DNA from: an uncultured Candidatus Peribacteria bacterium
GTDB lineage: Bacteria; Patescibacteriota; Gracilibacteria; Peribacterales; Peribacteraceae
Assembly (NCBI GenBank): GCA_964628345.1
Contig: CAZVLZ010000002.1
Span: 1 to 40,807 of the forward strand
Direction of reading: 5' to 3'
DNA length: 40,807 nucleotides
Made by a program: the position numbers and the translations under genes. The notes under the pieces were generated by a model. That model was given only the letters and a program-made list of their open reading frames with translations. It ran no database searches and had not been told where the DNA came from. This document shows positions 26,057 through 37,145 of this stretch, one piece after another. Each line of letters opens with the position of its first letter. Within the stretch, counting starts at the first letter, position 1.

Positions 26057-26716
26057 ATGCGTATTCTCTTCGTCGATCTGGCCAGCCATCACGGTCTTTT
26101 GGCCTGCGTGGAGGATCAGACAGTCCGGGCGTTCGAACCGGTTGATCACCGCATCGGCGACCACGAGCTGATTCCGCTTTTTGAGAAGACACTCGATGCG
26201 GCCGGATGGAAAACGAATGATCTCACGCATGTCGCCTGCGTCGTCGGACCGGGCGGTTTCATGAGTTTGCGGGTGGCAGTGGCGTTCGCCAACACGTTGA
26301 TCCATCAGTTGAAGATTCCGGGCGCGGGGATTCATCTCAGTGATGTGTACGCGGCGCGCGTTTCTTCGCCAGATGTTCTCTGGCTCCATTCCACGAAGAA
26401 GAACGAACTTTTTGTGCGTGGGTTTGGTTCCTTTGATTCATTCTGGCCAAAAGCGACGCATATCACGATGGAGGAGTTTTTGGAAAAGCTATCCTCCGCC
26501 CTGTCCCTCCGGGACATCCCTCCTCCGGAGGAGGAGGGTAGAAGGAGAACGCATTTTTGGGTTGGCGAACTGATTCCCGAACACGAGGCGCTGCTCCAGG
26601 AGAAAAAGCTCCAGTCGGCTGCCCTGCGCCCTCTCACAGATGTCCTACCCGCGTTTCTCCAGAGGCAAACATTCGCCGACCAACTCCTCGAGCCGTGGTA
26701 TGGACGGGGGTGGTAA
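26057..26716 (+). CDS. tsaB: tRNA threonylcarbamoyladenosine biosynthesis protein TsaB-like (YeaZ family)
   Basis: MRILFVDLAS...VACVVGPGGFMSLRVAVAFANTL, the ASKHA-fold N-terminal half typical of TsaB. The C-terminal half is divergent. Confidence 0.78.
   Translation: MRILFVDLASHHGLLACVEDQTVRAFEPVDHRIGDHELIPLFEKTLDAAGWKTNDLTHVACVVGPGGFMSLRVAVAFANTLIHQLKIPGAGIHLSDVYAARVSSPDVLWLHSTKKNELFVRGFGSFDSFWPKATHITMEEFLEKLSSALSLRDIPPPEEEGRRRTHFWVGELIPEHEALLQEKKLQSAALRPLTDVLPAFLQRQTFADQLLEPWYGRGW
26518..26538. repeat. perfect 9-bp-stem palindrome inside the tsaB-like CDS
   Basis: CCCTCCTCC-gga-GGAGGAGGG, 21 nt = 7 codons, encoding PPPEEEG. Confidence 0.85.
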
Positions 26717-26787
26717 CCCAGTCTGATCCGCAGATGTCGCTGAAGCGCAGAAAACCATTCCTTTCCTTTAGAAGATCGCCTTTTCTC

Positions 26788-26796
26788 TGCTATTCT
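26788..26796 (+). promoter_or_regulatory. candidate extended -10 (TGCTATTCT) 12 nt upstream of secA
   Basis: Sequence ctcTGCTATTCTccacgctcgaacATG, read directly. Confidence 0.35.
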
Positions 26797-26808
26797 CCAC
26801 GCTCGAAC

Positions 26809-29547
<2,739 letters not shown>

Positions 29548-29565
29548 TGTATTATTGCTCTCGCC

Positions 29566-29859
29566 ATGTCAACACTTATCGTCTACGCAGGAAATACCCT
29601 GAAGCGGGAAGATTACATGAATGACGGAATGCGTGCCGAGAAGCTGCGCACCGTTGAGCAAATTGTTGTGGGGAAGCACATCGCCGGGATTCGTATCGAT
29701 GCTCGCCTGGATGCTACATGCTGTCTCTTTGTAAGAGGCAGTGAGGAGGGATTACGCGCGCTCCAAACAGCTCTGGAGGACGATACCATTGATTCGAAAC
29801 TGGACGATGGACGGCCGACGATCTGGGCGGCAGGAGGCAGAGCAGGAACAGAGATATAG
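29566..29859 (+). CDS. hypothetical protein
   Basis: 97-aa ORF between secA and holB on the same strand, with leader ttgctctcgccATG. No recognisable motif. Confidence 0.5.
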   Translation: MSTLIVYAGNTLKREDYMNDGMRAEKLRTVEQIVVGKHIAGIRIDARLDATCCLFVRGSEEGLRALQTALEDDTIDSKLDDGRPTIWAAGGRAGTEI

Positions 29860-29876
29860 TGCTATTGTGGCTTCCC

Positions 29877-30839
29877 ATGCCCCGCCCGCACTCCATCGTC
29901 GGTCATGACACGATCCGATCGGAACTGGAGCGGGACCTGGTGACCGGGAACGTATCGCATGCCTACCTCTTCGCGGGACCGCGGCACCTTGGCAAGATGA
30001 CATTGGCGCGGTGGTTTGCGACGGAACTTCTGTCCGTGGGATACCCCGAAGAAGCGTTCGAGCGCATTGAGCACGACTGCGGCAAGATGACACACCCCGA
30101 TCTTTTCGTTTTGGACCAGCTCTGGATCGCCGATCAGTGCGAGGATTGGGCGGTGATCGCGCAGACCTCCAATGCGCCGCAGCAGGTGCGCGAGAAGAAG
30201 GGCGTGAAAACCGATACCATCGGTATCGACGACATCCGCTCGCTTCAGGAACGTTTGCAGGAGACGGCTTCGGGGCAGTATCGCTGCTGCATCATCCGGT
30301 CGGCCGAGCGGCTGCAGACCGAAGCGGCCAATGCCCTCCTCAAGATTCTGGAAGAGCCTCCCGCCCCCCTCGTCTTCATCTTTACGACGCAGGCGCTCTC
30401 TTCGCTTCCATCGACCATCGTCTCGCGCATGCGTCTCATCCGCTTCCAGCCGCTCTCCCATCGCGAGTTGCATTCGCTCCTCAAGGGCGTGGAAGAAGAA
30501 GACCGGCAATTCATCCTGCACCTTGCGCAGGGTGCGCCCGGCATCGCACAGGAACTCAAGGAAGATCCCGAGGCATTGCGTCGGCACCGGATCATGCATT
30601 CCAGTGCGCTCTCGTTCTGGCGGACGAAGTCCCTCAAGGAACGGCTGCAGATTCTCAACCCGTTCCTCGAGCGGGGAGAGGAAGCGGATCAACTGCTCCT
30701 CCACCTTGCGCTCGCACTCCGCGAACATTCCTCCTCATCGCAGGCATGGGTGCATGCCCTGCACGAACTTGCCGCGGGGCTGAAAACCAATGCCCATCGC
30801 GGACTTCTGGCGCAGCGTTTCGCGCTCCGTGTTTCTTAA
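29877..30839 (+). CDS. holB: DNA polymerase III delta' subunit
   Basis: HAYLFAGPRHLGKMTLA (P-loop-like), ANALLKILEEPP and TIVSRMRLIRF. ATG at 29877 is preferred over the GTG at 29859. Confidence 0.85.
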   Translation: MPRPHSIVGHDTIRSELERDLVTGNVSHAYLFAGPRHLGKMTLARWFATELLSVGYPEEAFERIEHDCGKMTHPDLFVLDQLWIADQCEDWAVIAQTSNAPQQVREKKGVKTDTIGIDDIRSLQERLQETASGQYRCCIIRSAERLQTEAANALLKILEEPPAPLVFIFTTQALSSLPSTIVSRMRLIRFQPLSHRELHSLLKGVEEEDRQFILHLAQGAPGIAQELKEDPEALRRHRIMHSSALSFWRTKSLKERLQILNPFLERGEEADQLLLHLALALREHSSSSQAWVHALHELAAGLKTNAHRGLLAQRFALRVS

Positions 30840-30924
30840 AGGAAGCAGCATTCTCCCTATTTCCTGCCTTGCCGGTCTCTGCGTCTGATGCTAGCCTCCT
30901 TCGCCGCATCCTGCGGCATCTTCC

Positions 30925-31689
30925 ATGGTGTATGTGTATGTCCTCTTCGGCTCACTCTTCGGCATTTGCCTGATTCTGGGCGGGCGCGTGCTCGTCCGGC
31001 ACCACGCGGTCCGGCGCTTCGTGCGCGGGATCTGTCAGCGCACCGAATCTGCGGGCGAGCGCGGAGCCGTGATTCTGGAAGAGACCGTCATCGAAAAGCC
31101 GCGCAAGAGTCCGCGCGTCTCGGCGATTGAGATGCAGCAGGTCCGTTCCCTCACGCGTGACGCGGAGAAAGCCGTGGCGCAGAGCAAGTTCGACGAGGCC
31201 GAGCGGCTCTTCATTCAGGCGCTCACCATCAACCCCCAGGCATTCGACGTGCAGGCCCAGTTGGCCAAGCTCTACCTGCTCACGGACCGGGACCACAAAG
31301 CGGAGGCCATGTACCGCGAACTCCTGCAGCACCGCGATGATGTTTCGTACTTCGCCAATCTCGGGCTGGCGTACTACCGGCAGAACAAGTTTGTGGAAGC
31401 CTGTCACTCGTACCAGGAAGCACTCAATCGCGATCCCAAGTCTCCCGATCGCAGTGCGGCTCTCGGCCGTGCGTGCATTGCCGCGCAGCGCTTCGAAGAA
31501 GCGGCGCCCCTGCTCGAGAAAGCAGTTGTGCGACTCAACCGTGATACCGCGCTCCTCCACCTGCTCGCGGAGTGCTACCTGCAGCTGGGGCACGCCGACA
31601 AGGCCGAGGAGGTGTACCGTCGCATCAACCGTCTGGAGCCATACGACGAGTCGGTGAAAAAGAAAATCTCCGCATTGGCGCGGATCTGA
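30925..31689 (+). CDS. membrane-anchored tetratricopeptide-repeat protein
   Basis: N-terminal TM (VYVYVLFGSLFGICLILGG). Followed by several TPR-like repeats (AERLFIQALTINP..., ANLGLAYYRQNKFVEACHSYQEALNRDP...). Confidence 0.8.
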   Translation: MVYVYVLFGSLFGICLILGGRVLVRHHAVRRFVRGICQRTESAGERGAVILEETVIEKPRKSPRVSAIEMQQVRSLTRDAEKAVAQSKFDEAERLFIQALTINPQAFDVQAQLAKLYLLTDRDHKAEAMYRELLQHRDDVSYFANLGLAYYRQNKFVEACHSYQEALNRDPKSPDRSAALGRACIAAQRFEEAAPLLEKAVVRLNRDTALLHLLAECYLQLGHADKAEEVYRRINRLEPYDESVKKKISALARI

Positions 31690-31963
31690 GCAATGTTGCC
31701 ATTGCTTGCGATCTTCCCCGCGTCTATTGTGAGAGTGATGGGTACTGGCGCTCAACAGCCAACAGAACGCGTCACTCCTTCAGAGGTCCGTAGGAGTGGC
31801 CTTGGTCACCTGGATAGTGGTTGTGATCTCGTTGAATTGCACCGGCGAGCCTTTGGCTGTGATCCTGATTTAAGTCACAACATGGCTCATTCCATGGGAG
31901 AGCAGCTACGAAAAGCACTCGGGATTCCTCCGAAGAAGAAGGACCGGTAATAGTCCAGATCAT

Positions 31964-32242
31964 TCAACCCTCTACTTCCACCGTCACGTCCCCTTTGACC
32001 GTGGCCTGGCAGCCCAGCCGCTCATCGCCGCTCATGCCCATGGCTTCTTCGCGATCGTTGGGGGGACTCAAGTTCTCAGCGCCCTTGCGCGCATGGCACT
32101 TGCAGGTCATGCAGAAGCCGTTGCCTCCGCAGGCACTTTCCATGGGGATGCCGTTGGCCTGCGCCGCCTGCAGGACCGTGTCCCCGGCATTGGCCTCCAC
32201 TGTTTTTTCCTGACCGTTTACGATAAAAGTGATTTTGGGCAT
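31964..32242 (-). CDS. 2Fe-2S ferredoxin
   Basis: 92 aa. Beta-grasp ferredoxin pattern ACGGNGFCMTCKC...LGCQ. Divergent from sufC. Confidence 0.85.
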   Translation of the reverse strand: MPKITFIVNGQEKTVEANAGDTVLQAAQANGIPMESACGGNGFCMTCKCHARKGAENLSPPNDREEAMGMSGDERLGCQATVKGDVTVEVEG

Positions 32243-32287
32243 GAATCAAATGTAGAATGTGTGCCGTAAAATGTAAAATTATTTTCC
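32243..32287. promoter_or_regulatory. AT-rich divergent promoter region (ferredoxin / sufC) with -10 boxes abutting both starts
   Basis: Plus strand: aTGTAAAAT (32272-79), then 8 nt, then the sufC ATG. Minus strand: TACATT (32254-49), then 6 nt, then the ferredoxin ATG. AATGT occurs three times. Confidence 0.4.
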
Positions 32288-33043
32288 ATGAAGCGTCGCC
32301 CCTTCCTCTCCATCTGCAATCTGCACGTCTCTGTTGCCCAGAAGACAGTGGTACGTGGATTGACACTGGACGTGCGTCCCGGAGAGCTCCATGTGATCAT
32401 GGGTCCGAATGGCGCGGGCAAATCTTCCTTTGTGCATGCGCTCATGGGGCATCCCTCCCTTCGGGTCACGCAGGGGACCGTTCGGTTCGCCGGCAAAGAT
32501 CTGCTCTCCCTCCCGCCTCACGAGCGTGCCAGGGCAGGATTGTTTCTGGCATTTCAGCACCCGCGGGAAATCGCCGGAGTGAGCGTGCGGGATTTTTTGT
32601 ATGCCGCCCTCACGGCACAGCAGAAGAATTTTTCTCCGCTGGAATTCCACGATCGTTTGACGAGAGAAATGACGCTCCTCAACATTGAGCGTGCATGGGA
32701 GGATCGCGCGGTCCATCACGGTTTTTCTGGCGGGGAGAAGAAGAAGCTCGAGATCCTGCAACTCCTCGTTCTGGAACCGCAGCTGGCCCTACTGGATGAA
32801 ACGGACTCGGGACTCGATCTCGATGCGCTCAACGTGGTTGCAGACGGACTGAGGCAACTGCGCAAGCGTCATCCGTCATTCGCAGCCGTCCTCGTGACGC
32901 ACAACATCCGTTTCCTCTCCATCCTCAAGCCCGATCATGTGCACGTCATGCTTGCCGGGCAGATCACCGAGAGCGGGGGAGCCGCCCTGGTCCGCAGGCT
33001 GGAGAAACACGGTTTTCATAAGACAGCCACGACGCGCCCGTAA
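32288..33043 (+). CDS. sufC: Fe-S cluster assembly ATPase SufC
   Basis: GPNGAGKSS (Walker A), FSGGEKKKLEILQL, LLDETDSGLD, and the SufC-typical HPSLRVTQG region. Confidence 0.95.
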   Translation: MKRRPFLSICNLHVSVAQKTVVRGLTLDVRPGELHVIMGPNGAGKSSFVHALMGHPSLRVTQGTVRFAGKDLLSLPPHERARAGLFLAFQHPREIAGVSVRDFLYAALTAQQKNFSPLEFHDRLTREMTLLNIERAWEDRAVHHGFSGGEKKKLEILQLLVLEPQLALLDETDSGLDLDALNVVADGLRQLRKRHPSFAAVLVTHNIRFLSILKPDHVHVMLAGQITESGGAALVRRLEKHGFHKTATTRP

Positions 33044-33131
33044 TGCGTTCATGGCTCGTGGATGGGATAGGGGTCCATATCCTTCGCGGGACAAGTCTGC
33101 TATCATGAGGACTCTTTCCCCCTCTGTACAT

Positions 33132-33881
33132 ATGGATAATTCATGTTGTTCCAGTAAGCCGGCCTGCTGGGTGGGCATTCTGCTCGTCCTCGTCGCCGGC
33201 GGGTTCTACCTCACCGGGAAGGTCATCGAGCAGAAAGACTTTTCACCGATGACGATCTCCGTCGAAGGAACGGGCAAAGCCTCCGCAGTCCCCGATATCG
33301 CCGCCGTGAGCTTCGGCGTGCAGACCGGCCGGCAGACGACGGCGCAGCAGGCCATGAAGATCTTGACCGCGAAAATGACGGATGTCGTGGCGGCCGTGAA
33401 GGCGCAGGGCATCGAAGAGAAAGACATCACCACGAATTCCCTCTCGTTGCAGCCGGAATACGACTGGAGCGAAGGCCGGCAGATCGCACGCGGGTTCCAG
33501 GCCACGCAGACGTTGTACGTCAAGGTGCGTGATCTCGATAAGATCGGGGACCTGCTCGCCGCCGTGACGGGCGAAGGAGTGAATCAGATTGGCGGCGTGG
33601 AGTTCACCATGGATGATCCCGAGGTTCTGCAGGCCGCGGCACGCGAGAAGGCGATTATCAAGGCCGAAGCCAAGGCGAAGCTGCTGGCGGATCAGCTGGG
33701 TAAGAGTATCAAGCGTCTGAAGGGCTTCTCCGAAGGCGGCGGCTATATCCCTCCCACACCGTACGCCAAGGCGAATATCGCGCTGGACAGGGCTGGAGGG
33801 GCTGTCATGGAATCCGTTCAGATCCCGACCGGCGAACAGGAGGTCTCCGTCTCCGTCTCCCTGGTCTACGAACTGCAGTAA
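33132..33881 (+). CDS. SIMPL-domain (DUF541) protein, membrane-anchored
   Basis: Start set at MDNSCC, with leader ctctttccccctctgtacatATG. TM segment WVGILLVLVAGGFYL. SIMPL-like core (ISVEGTGKASAVPDIA...GFQATQTLYVKVRDLDKIG...IPTGEQEVSVSVSLVYEL). Confidence 0.82.
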   Translation: MDNSCCSSKPACWVGILLVLVAGGFYLTGKVIEQKDFSPMTISVEGTGKASAVPDIAAVSFGVQTGRQTTAQQAMKILTAKMTDVVAAVKAQGIEEKDITTNSLSLQPEYDWSEGRQIARGFQATQTLYVKVRDLDKIGDLLAAVTGEGVNQIGGVEFTMDDPEVLQAAAREKAIIKAEAKAKLLADQLGKSIKRLKGFSEGGGYIPPTPYAKANIALDRAGGAVMESVQIPTGEQEVSVSVSLVYELQ

Positions 33882-33910
33882 GGACGTTCTCTTTTGTCTT
33901 CAACGGGCGT

Positions 33911-33946
33911 ACGGATCGGAAAACCGGTCTGCACGTCCGTTTTTTA
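33911..33946 (+). terminator. candidate intrinsic terminator after the SIMPL gene
   Basis: Imperfect GC-rich stem-loop (ACGGA...TCCGT enclosing CGG-aaaa-CCG), followed immediately by TTTTT (33941-45). Confidence 0.4.
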
Positions 33947-33964
33947 TTCCCGAATGTCGTGCAT

Positions 33965-34372
33965 TCATCCGAGCAATCGCGCGATATCCTTGTGCAGAGC
34001 GACCAGCAGGCTGCCCACCGTGATGAGGAGTAAACCGAGCAGGATCGGCAGATCCCATTTTTCCCGTGCCACCACCGTGTTGAAGAGGAGCGCGGCAACT
34101 GGGGCCGCGGCGATCCAGAGCGCAATCACCACAAGAAAATTGCCGAAGGCGCGGTTGCCCCACTGAAAACCGATCCCGTAGAGCATGTTGATGATCACGG
34201 GGATCCAGATGAACGCGATCAGGGTGATCAGGAGTCCGATCAACGGTGAAGAGTACGCAAGGCCGAATGCAGAACCCCGGGCGGGTATTCTGCCCAGAAA
34301 GTACCCGTACCAGGTGATGATGAGTTGCGCGCAGAGGAATGCGAGCAGGACAAGAAGTTTCAGCATGGTCAC
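33965..34372 (-). CDS. small integral membrane protein (about 4 TM)
   Basis: 135 aa, almost entirely hydrophobic segments (LLVLLAFLCAQLII, LIGLLITLIAFIWIPVII, FLVVIALWIAAAPVAALL, ILLGLLLITVGSLLV). Confidence 0.7.
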   Translation of the reverse strand: MTMLKLLVLLAFLCAQLIITWYGYFLGRIPARGSAFGLAYSSPLIGLLITLIAFIWIPVIINMLYGIGFQWGNRAFGNFLVVIALWIAAAPVAALLFNTVVAREKWDLPILLGLLLITVGSLLVALHKDIARLLG

Positions 34373-34412
34373 AGCCTACCACGCTTTGCATGCGGCACGT
34401 GATCCATCACCA

Positions 34413-34532
34413 CTACTGATCGTCCTTGTCTTCCTCCTGCTCATCACACGTGCAGGCATTCTCTTCGCATTGGCACCCGCCGCACAGCTCGCAGATCGGT
34501 TCACTGCAGATTTCGCATGTCGTTTCTTCCAT
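34413..34532 (-). CDS. 39-aa acidic, 8-cysteine peptide (MEETTCEICSEPICELCGGCQCEENACTCDEQEEDKDDQ)
   Basis: Hand-translated; it is below the ORF-track cutoff. ATG 34532-30, TAG 34415-13. Preceded by the window-typical C/T-rich leader (ttctcccctctttcctctcATG). The 69-aa track ORF in another frame looks like off-frame noise. Confidence 0.5.
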   Translation of the reverse strand: MEETTCEICSEPICELCGGCQCEENACTCDEQEEDKDDQ

Positions 34533-34606
34533 GAGAGGAAAGAGGGGAGAAGAGAAAACATTCTCTCTCCATTCATACGCCGCATGCAAGAGGAGGTAGA
34601 TCTTGG

Positions 34607-35824
34607 CTACTCGAAGCGCATCGCCTCAATGGGACTCAATTTGGCCGCACGCAGTGCCGGGTAGAGCCCGAAGATGAGGCCCGTACCCACGGCCATGCCG
34701 AGTGCGAGTGCCACGGAGCCGACGGTGAGGGCGAACGAGAGGCTCCCCAGAAACTTCGCCGCAAGGCGGGTGAGCAGGAAACCGAAGAAACCGCCGCCCA
34801 CGATACCGATGATTCCTCCGAGCAGCGTGAGAGCCACCGCTTCGATGAGGAATTGCAGGAGAATATCTTTTCGCCGCGCCCCCACTGCCTTGCGCAGGCC
34901 GATTTCCTTGGTGCGCTCTGACACAGACACCAGCATGATGTTCATGATGCCGATGCCGCCCACGACGAGTGAGATGCCGGCAATGAGACCGAGGAAGATC
35001 GTGATGGAGAGGGTGACCGTGCCGACGATATCCATCGCCTGTTCGAAGGAGCGCGCGATGAAATCATCTTTGTCGGGATCATTTCCGGGATTATCCAGAT
35101 CATGACGCTGGCGGAGCAGTGATTTGATGTCTTCCTCTGCCAGTTCGACGTTCCCGGATGCCTGCAGAGAAATGTAATCCACGTACTGTCCTTTGCTCGT
35201 CATCGTCTTCGCCACGGTGTATGGGACGTAAATCATGCGATCCATCTGCGTGCCCATCATTCCCCCGAGTCCCTTGAGAACGCCGACGACGGTGAATTTT
35301 TGCTCCCCCACACTGATGCGCTTGCCCAGGGGGTCGGCATTGCCGAACAGGTTCTCGGCAATTTTCGGTCCGATGACCGCCACATTCTGCCCTCCTTTCA
35401 GGTCGCCATCCGTCAACAGTCGCCCCTGTTCAACCTTCAGCGACCAGTTCGAGAAAATTTCCTTGGATGTCCCGAGCACCATGGGAGTCTCTTCCTCCGA
35501 GCCGTATTTCACTTGCTGGGCAATGAATATTGCCTTCGCGACATTCTGCACCGTGGAGAGTTTGCCGAGGGCTTCGGCATCCGCTTCGGTGAGCGTGTTC
35601 ATGCCTTTGCCGATCTGCTCCATGCCTTTGGGCTGGACTTCAAATGTTTTGCCGCTGAAGGTACTCACCTGATCCAGGATGTATCGTTCGAACGTCGCGC
35701 CGACCGAGACCATCAGCACGACCGATCCCACGCCGATGATGACGCCGAGCGTCGTTAAGAGCGACCGCGAGAGGTTTCGCGTGAGTCCTTCAGTGGCCGA
35801 TCGCAGGGTGTCGGAGAGGAGCAT
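34607..35824 (-). CDS. ABC transporter permease, MacB/FtsX family (paralog 2)
   Basis: 405 aa. N-terminal TM (SLLTTLGVIIGVGSVVLMVSVG), periplasmic MacB-like domain, and a C-terminal FtsX 3-TM bundle (ERTKEIGLRKAVGARRKDIL). Confidence 0.9.
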   Translation of the reverse strand: MLLSDTLRSATEGLTRNLSRSLLTTLGVIIGVGSVVLMVSVGATFERYILDQVSTFSGKTFEVQPKGMEQIGKGMNTLTEADAEALGKLSTVQNVAKAIFIAQQVKYGSEEETPMVLGTSKEIFSNWSLKVEQGRLLTDGDLKGGQNVAVIGPKIAENLFGNADPLGKRISVGEQKFTVVGVLKGLGGMMGTQMDRMIYVPYTVAKTMTSKGQYVDYISLQASGNVELAEEDIKSLLRQRHDLDNPGNDPDKDDFIARSFEQAMDIVGTVTLSITIFLGLIAGISLVVGGIGIMNIMLVSVSERTKEIGLRKAVGARRKDILLQFLIEAVALTLLGGIIGIVGGGFFGFLLTRLAAKFLGSLSFALTVGSVALALGMAVGTGLIFGLYPALRAAKLSPIEAMRFE

Positions 35825-35897
35825 TTCAGTGAACGCAGAATGGAGGATGGTGAGGAAAGAGCTTGCAGATGTGAGAAAAACAGTGCTTCATTTTGGA

Positions 35898-37136
35898 TTA
35901 TTCATAGCGAAGAGCTTCCATGGGATTCAGTGCAGCGGCCTTGCGGGCCGGGTAAATGCCGAAGATGAGTCCCGTGCCTGCGGCCATGAGCAGAGCGGCG
36001 ATCATGGCGGTGATGTTGACGGCGAAGATGTAGCGTTCCAGGAACTTGCGGGCGATGCCGACAATGAGGGCGTTCAGACCCAAGCCCAGGAGCAGGCCGA
36101 TGATGCCGCCGATGATGGTCAGGACGATGGCCTCGATGAGGAATTGCATCAGGATGTCTCCGCGCCGCGCGCCGAGCGCTTTTCTGAGGCCGATTTCACG
36201 CGTCCGCTCCGTGACGGCCACCAGCATGATGTTCATGATGCCGATGCCGCCGACCACCAAAGAAATTACTGCAATCAACGTGATGAATGCCGTCAGACTA
36301 AAAGAGACTGTGCCGAGGATTTCCTGCGCCTGTTCGGAACTACGGACCAGAAAATCATCGTTGTCCGTCTCGATGCCGGTGGCGGGAGGCACGATGGTAT
36401 GACGCCGCCGCAGCAGGAACAGGATGTCATTCATGGCGTCCGCCGGATCGCCGGTCGCCGAGGTGGTAACCATATTCACGTAGGATTGCCGTGTCGTGAC
36501 CCGTGCCGTTTCGAACGGGACGATGATGCGTTCATCCATATTCTGGAAGAACTGCGAGCCCTTCGGTTCCAATACGCCGATGACCGTGTACTTCTGGTTT
36601 CCGATACCGATACGTTTGCCGATGGGGCTGGAGTTCCCGAACAGGTCGCGCGCGGTATCGGGTCCGAGTACGGCAACTTGGCGTCCATCGAGCTCATCCT
36701 GTTCATCGTGCAGCCGTCCCTCGGTCGCGACCACTGGCTGGTTGATGTAGGCATCGGGTGTCATCCCGCTCACCGACGCATCGGATTCCTCGGTGCCGTA
36801 CGAGACTTTTCCTTCCATGAAGATGATGGGAGTGACATGCGCAATCGTGTTGAGACGGCGGAGGGCGTCAACGTCGCTGATGGTAATGCTGTCGAAATCA
36901 GGGTTGAGAAACGATCCTCCTTCCTCCGGTCCGTTCTTTCCTGGCCAGATGGCGACGGTTTTGGGGCCCAGCGCGCTGATCTGGCCCAGAATGACGCTCT
37001 GCATGCTCTCGCCCACACTCGTCATGAGCACGACTGCCCCCACGCCGATGATGATGCCGAGCATCGTGAGGAGCGAGCGGACTCTATTGCCCCTCACTGC
37101 CTTGAGCGCGATGGTGACGGTATCGCGGAGTTGCAT
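35898..37136 (-). CDS. ABC transporter permease, MacB/FtsX family (paralog 1)
   Basis: 412 aa with the same architecture ([22 protein letters not shown] ... [20 protein letters not shown]). Confidence 0.9.
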   Translation of the reverse strand: MQLRDTVTIALKAVRGNRVRSLLTMLGIIIGVGAVVLMTSVGESMQSVILGQISALGPKTVAIWPGKNGPEEGGSFLNPDFDSITISDVDALRRLNTIAHVTPIIFMEGKVSYGTEESDASVSGMTPDAYINQPVVATEGRLHDEQDELDGRQVAVLGPDTARDLFGNSSPIGKRIGIGNQKYTVIGVLEPKGSQFFQNMDERIIVPFETARVTTRQSYVNMVTTSATGDPADAMNDILFLLRRRHTIVPPATGIETDNDDFLVRSSEQAQEILGTVSFSLTAFITLIAVISLVVGGIGIMNIMLVAVTERTREIGLRKALGARRGDILMQFLIEAIVLTIIGGIIGLLLGLGLNALIVGIARKFLERYIFAVNITAMIAALLMAAGTGLIFGIYPARKAAALNPMEALRYE

Positions 37137-37145
37137 GCGGCGGCG

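Noticed and set aside
26557-26808. N-terminal extensions of track ORFs: secA 26557, murB to 19701, murG to 23939, nrdR to 2952, ssb from 16521, ABC ATPase to 37970, SIMPL from 32937, gltX to 21899
   Set aside because: The extensions are low-complexity, overlap neighbouring genes or hairpin elements, and precede canonical family N-termini. Internal starts with C/T-rich leaders fit better.
31693-31963. 85-aa (+) and 63-aa (-) ORFs in the convergent TPR/ferredoxin spacer
   Set aside because: Both have much lower GC3 than real genes here and unconvincing sequences, and they are mutually exclusive. The minus ORF does start right at the ferredoxin stop (TGAATG), so coupling cannot be excluded. The region also has a 7-bp inverted repeat (CACTCCT...AGGAGTG). 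Insufficient evidence to call.
34413-34532. Calling the Cys-rich peptide a double-glycine bacteriocin or a SCIFF/ranthipeptide precursor
   Set aside because: No C39-peptidase ABC exporter and no radical-SAM or other maturase gene in the window. The resemblance is only in Cys/Gly spacing. Kept as an open hypothesis only.
34376-34585. 69-aa minus-strand track ORF in the permease / 4-TM spacer
   Set aside because: Its Arg/Ser/Ala-rich translation looks off-frame. A different frame on the same strand gives the compact 8-Cys peptide with a proper leader, which I prefer.
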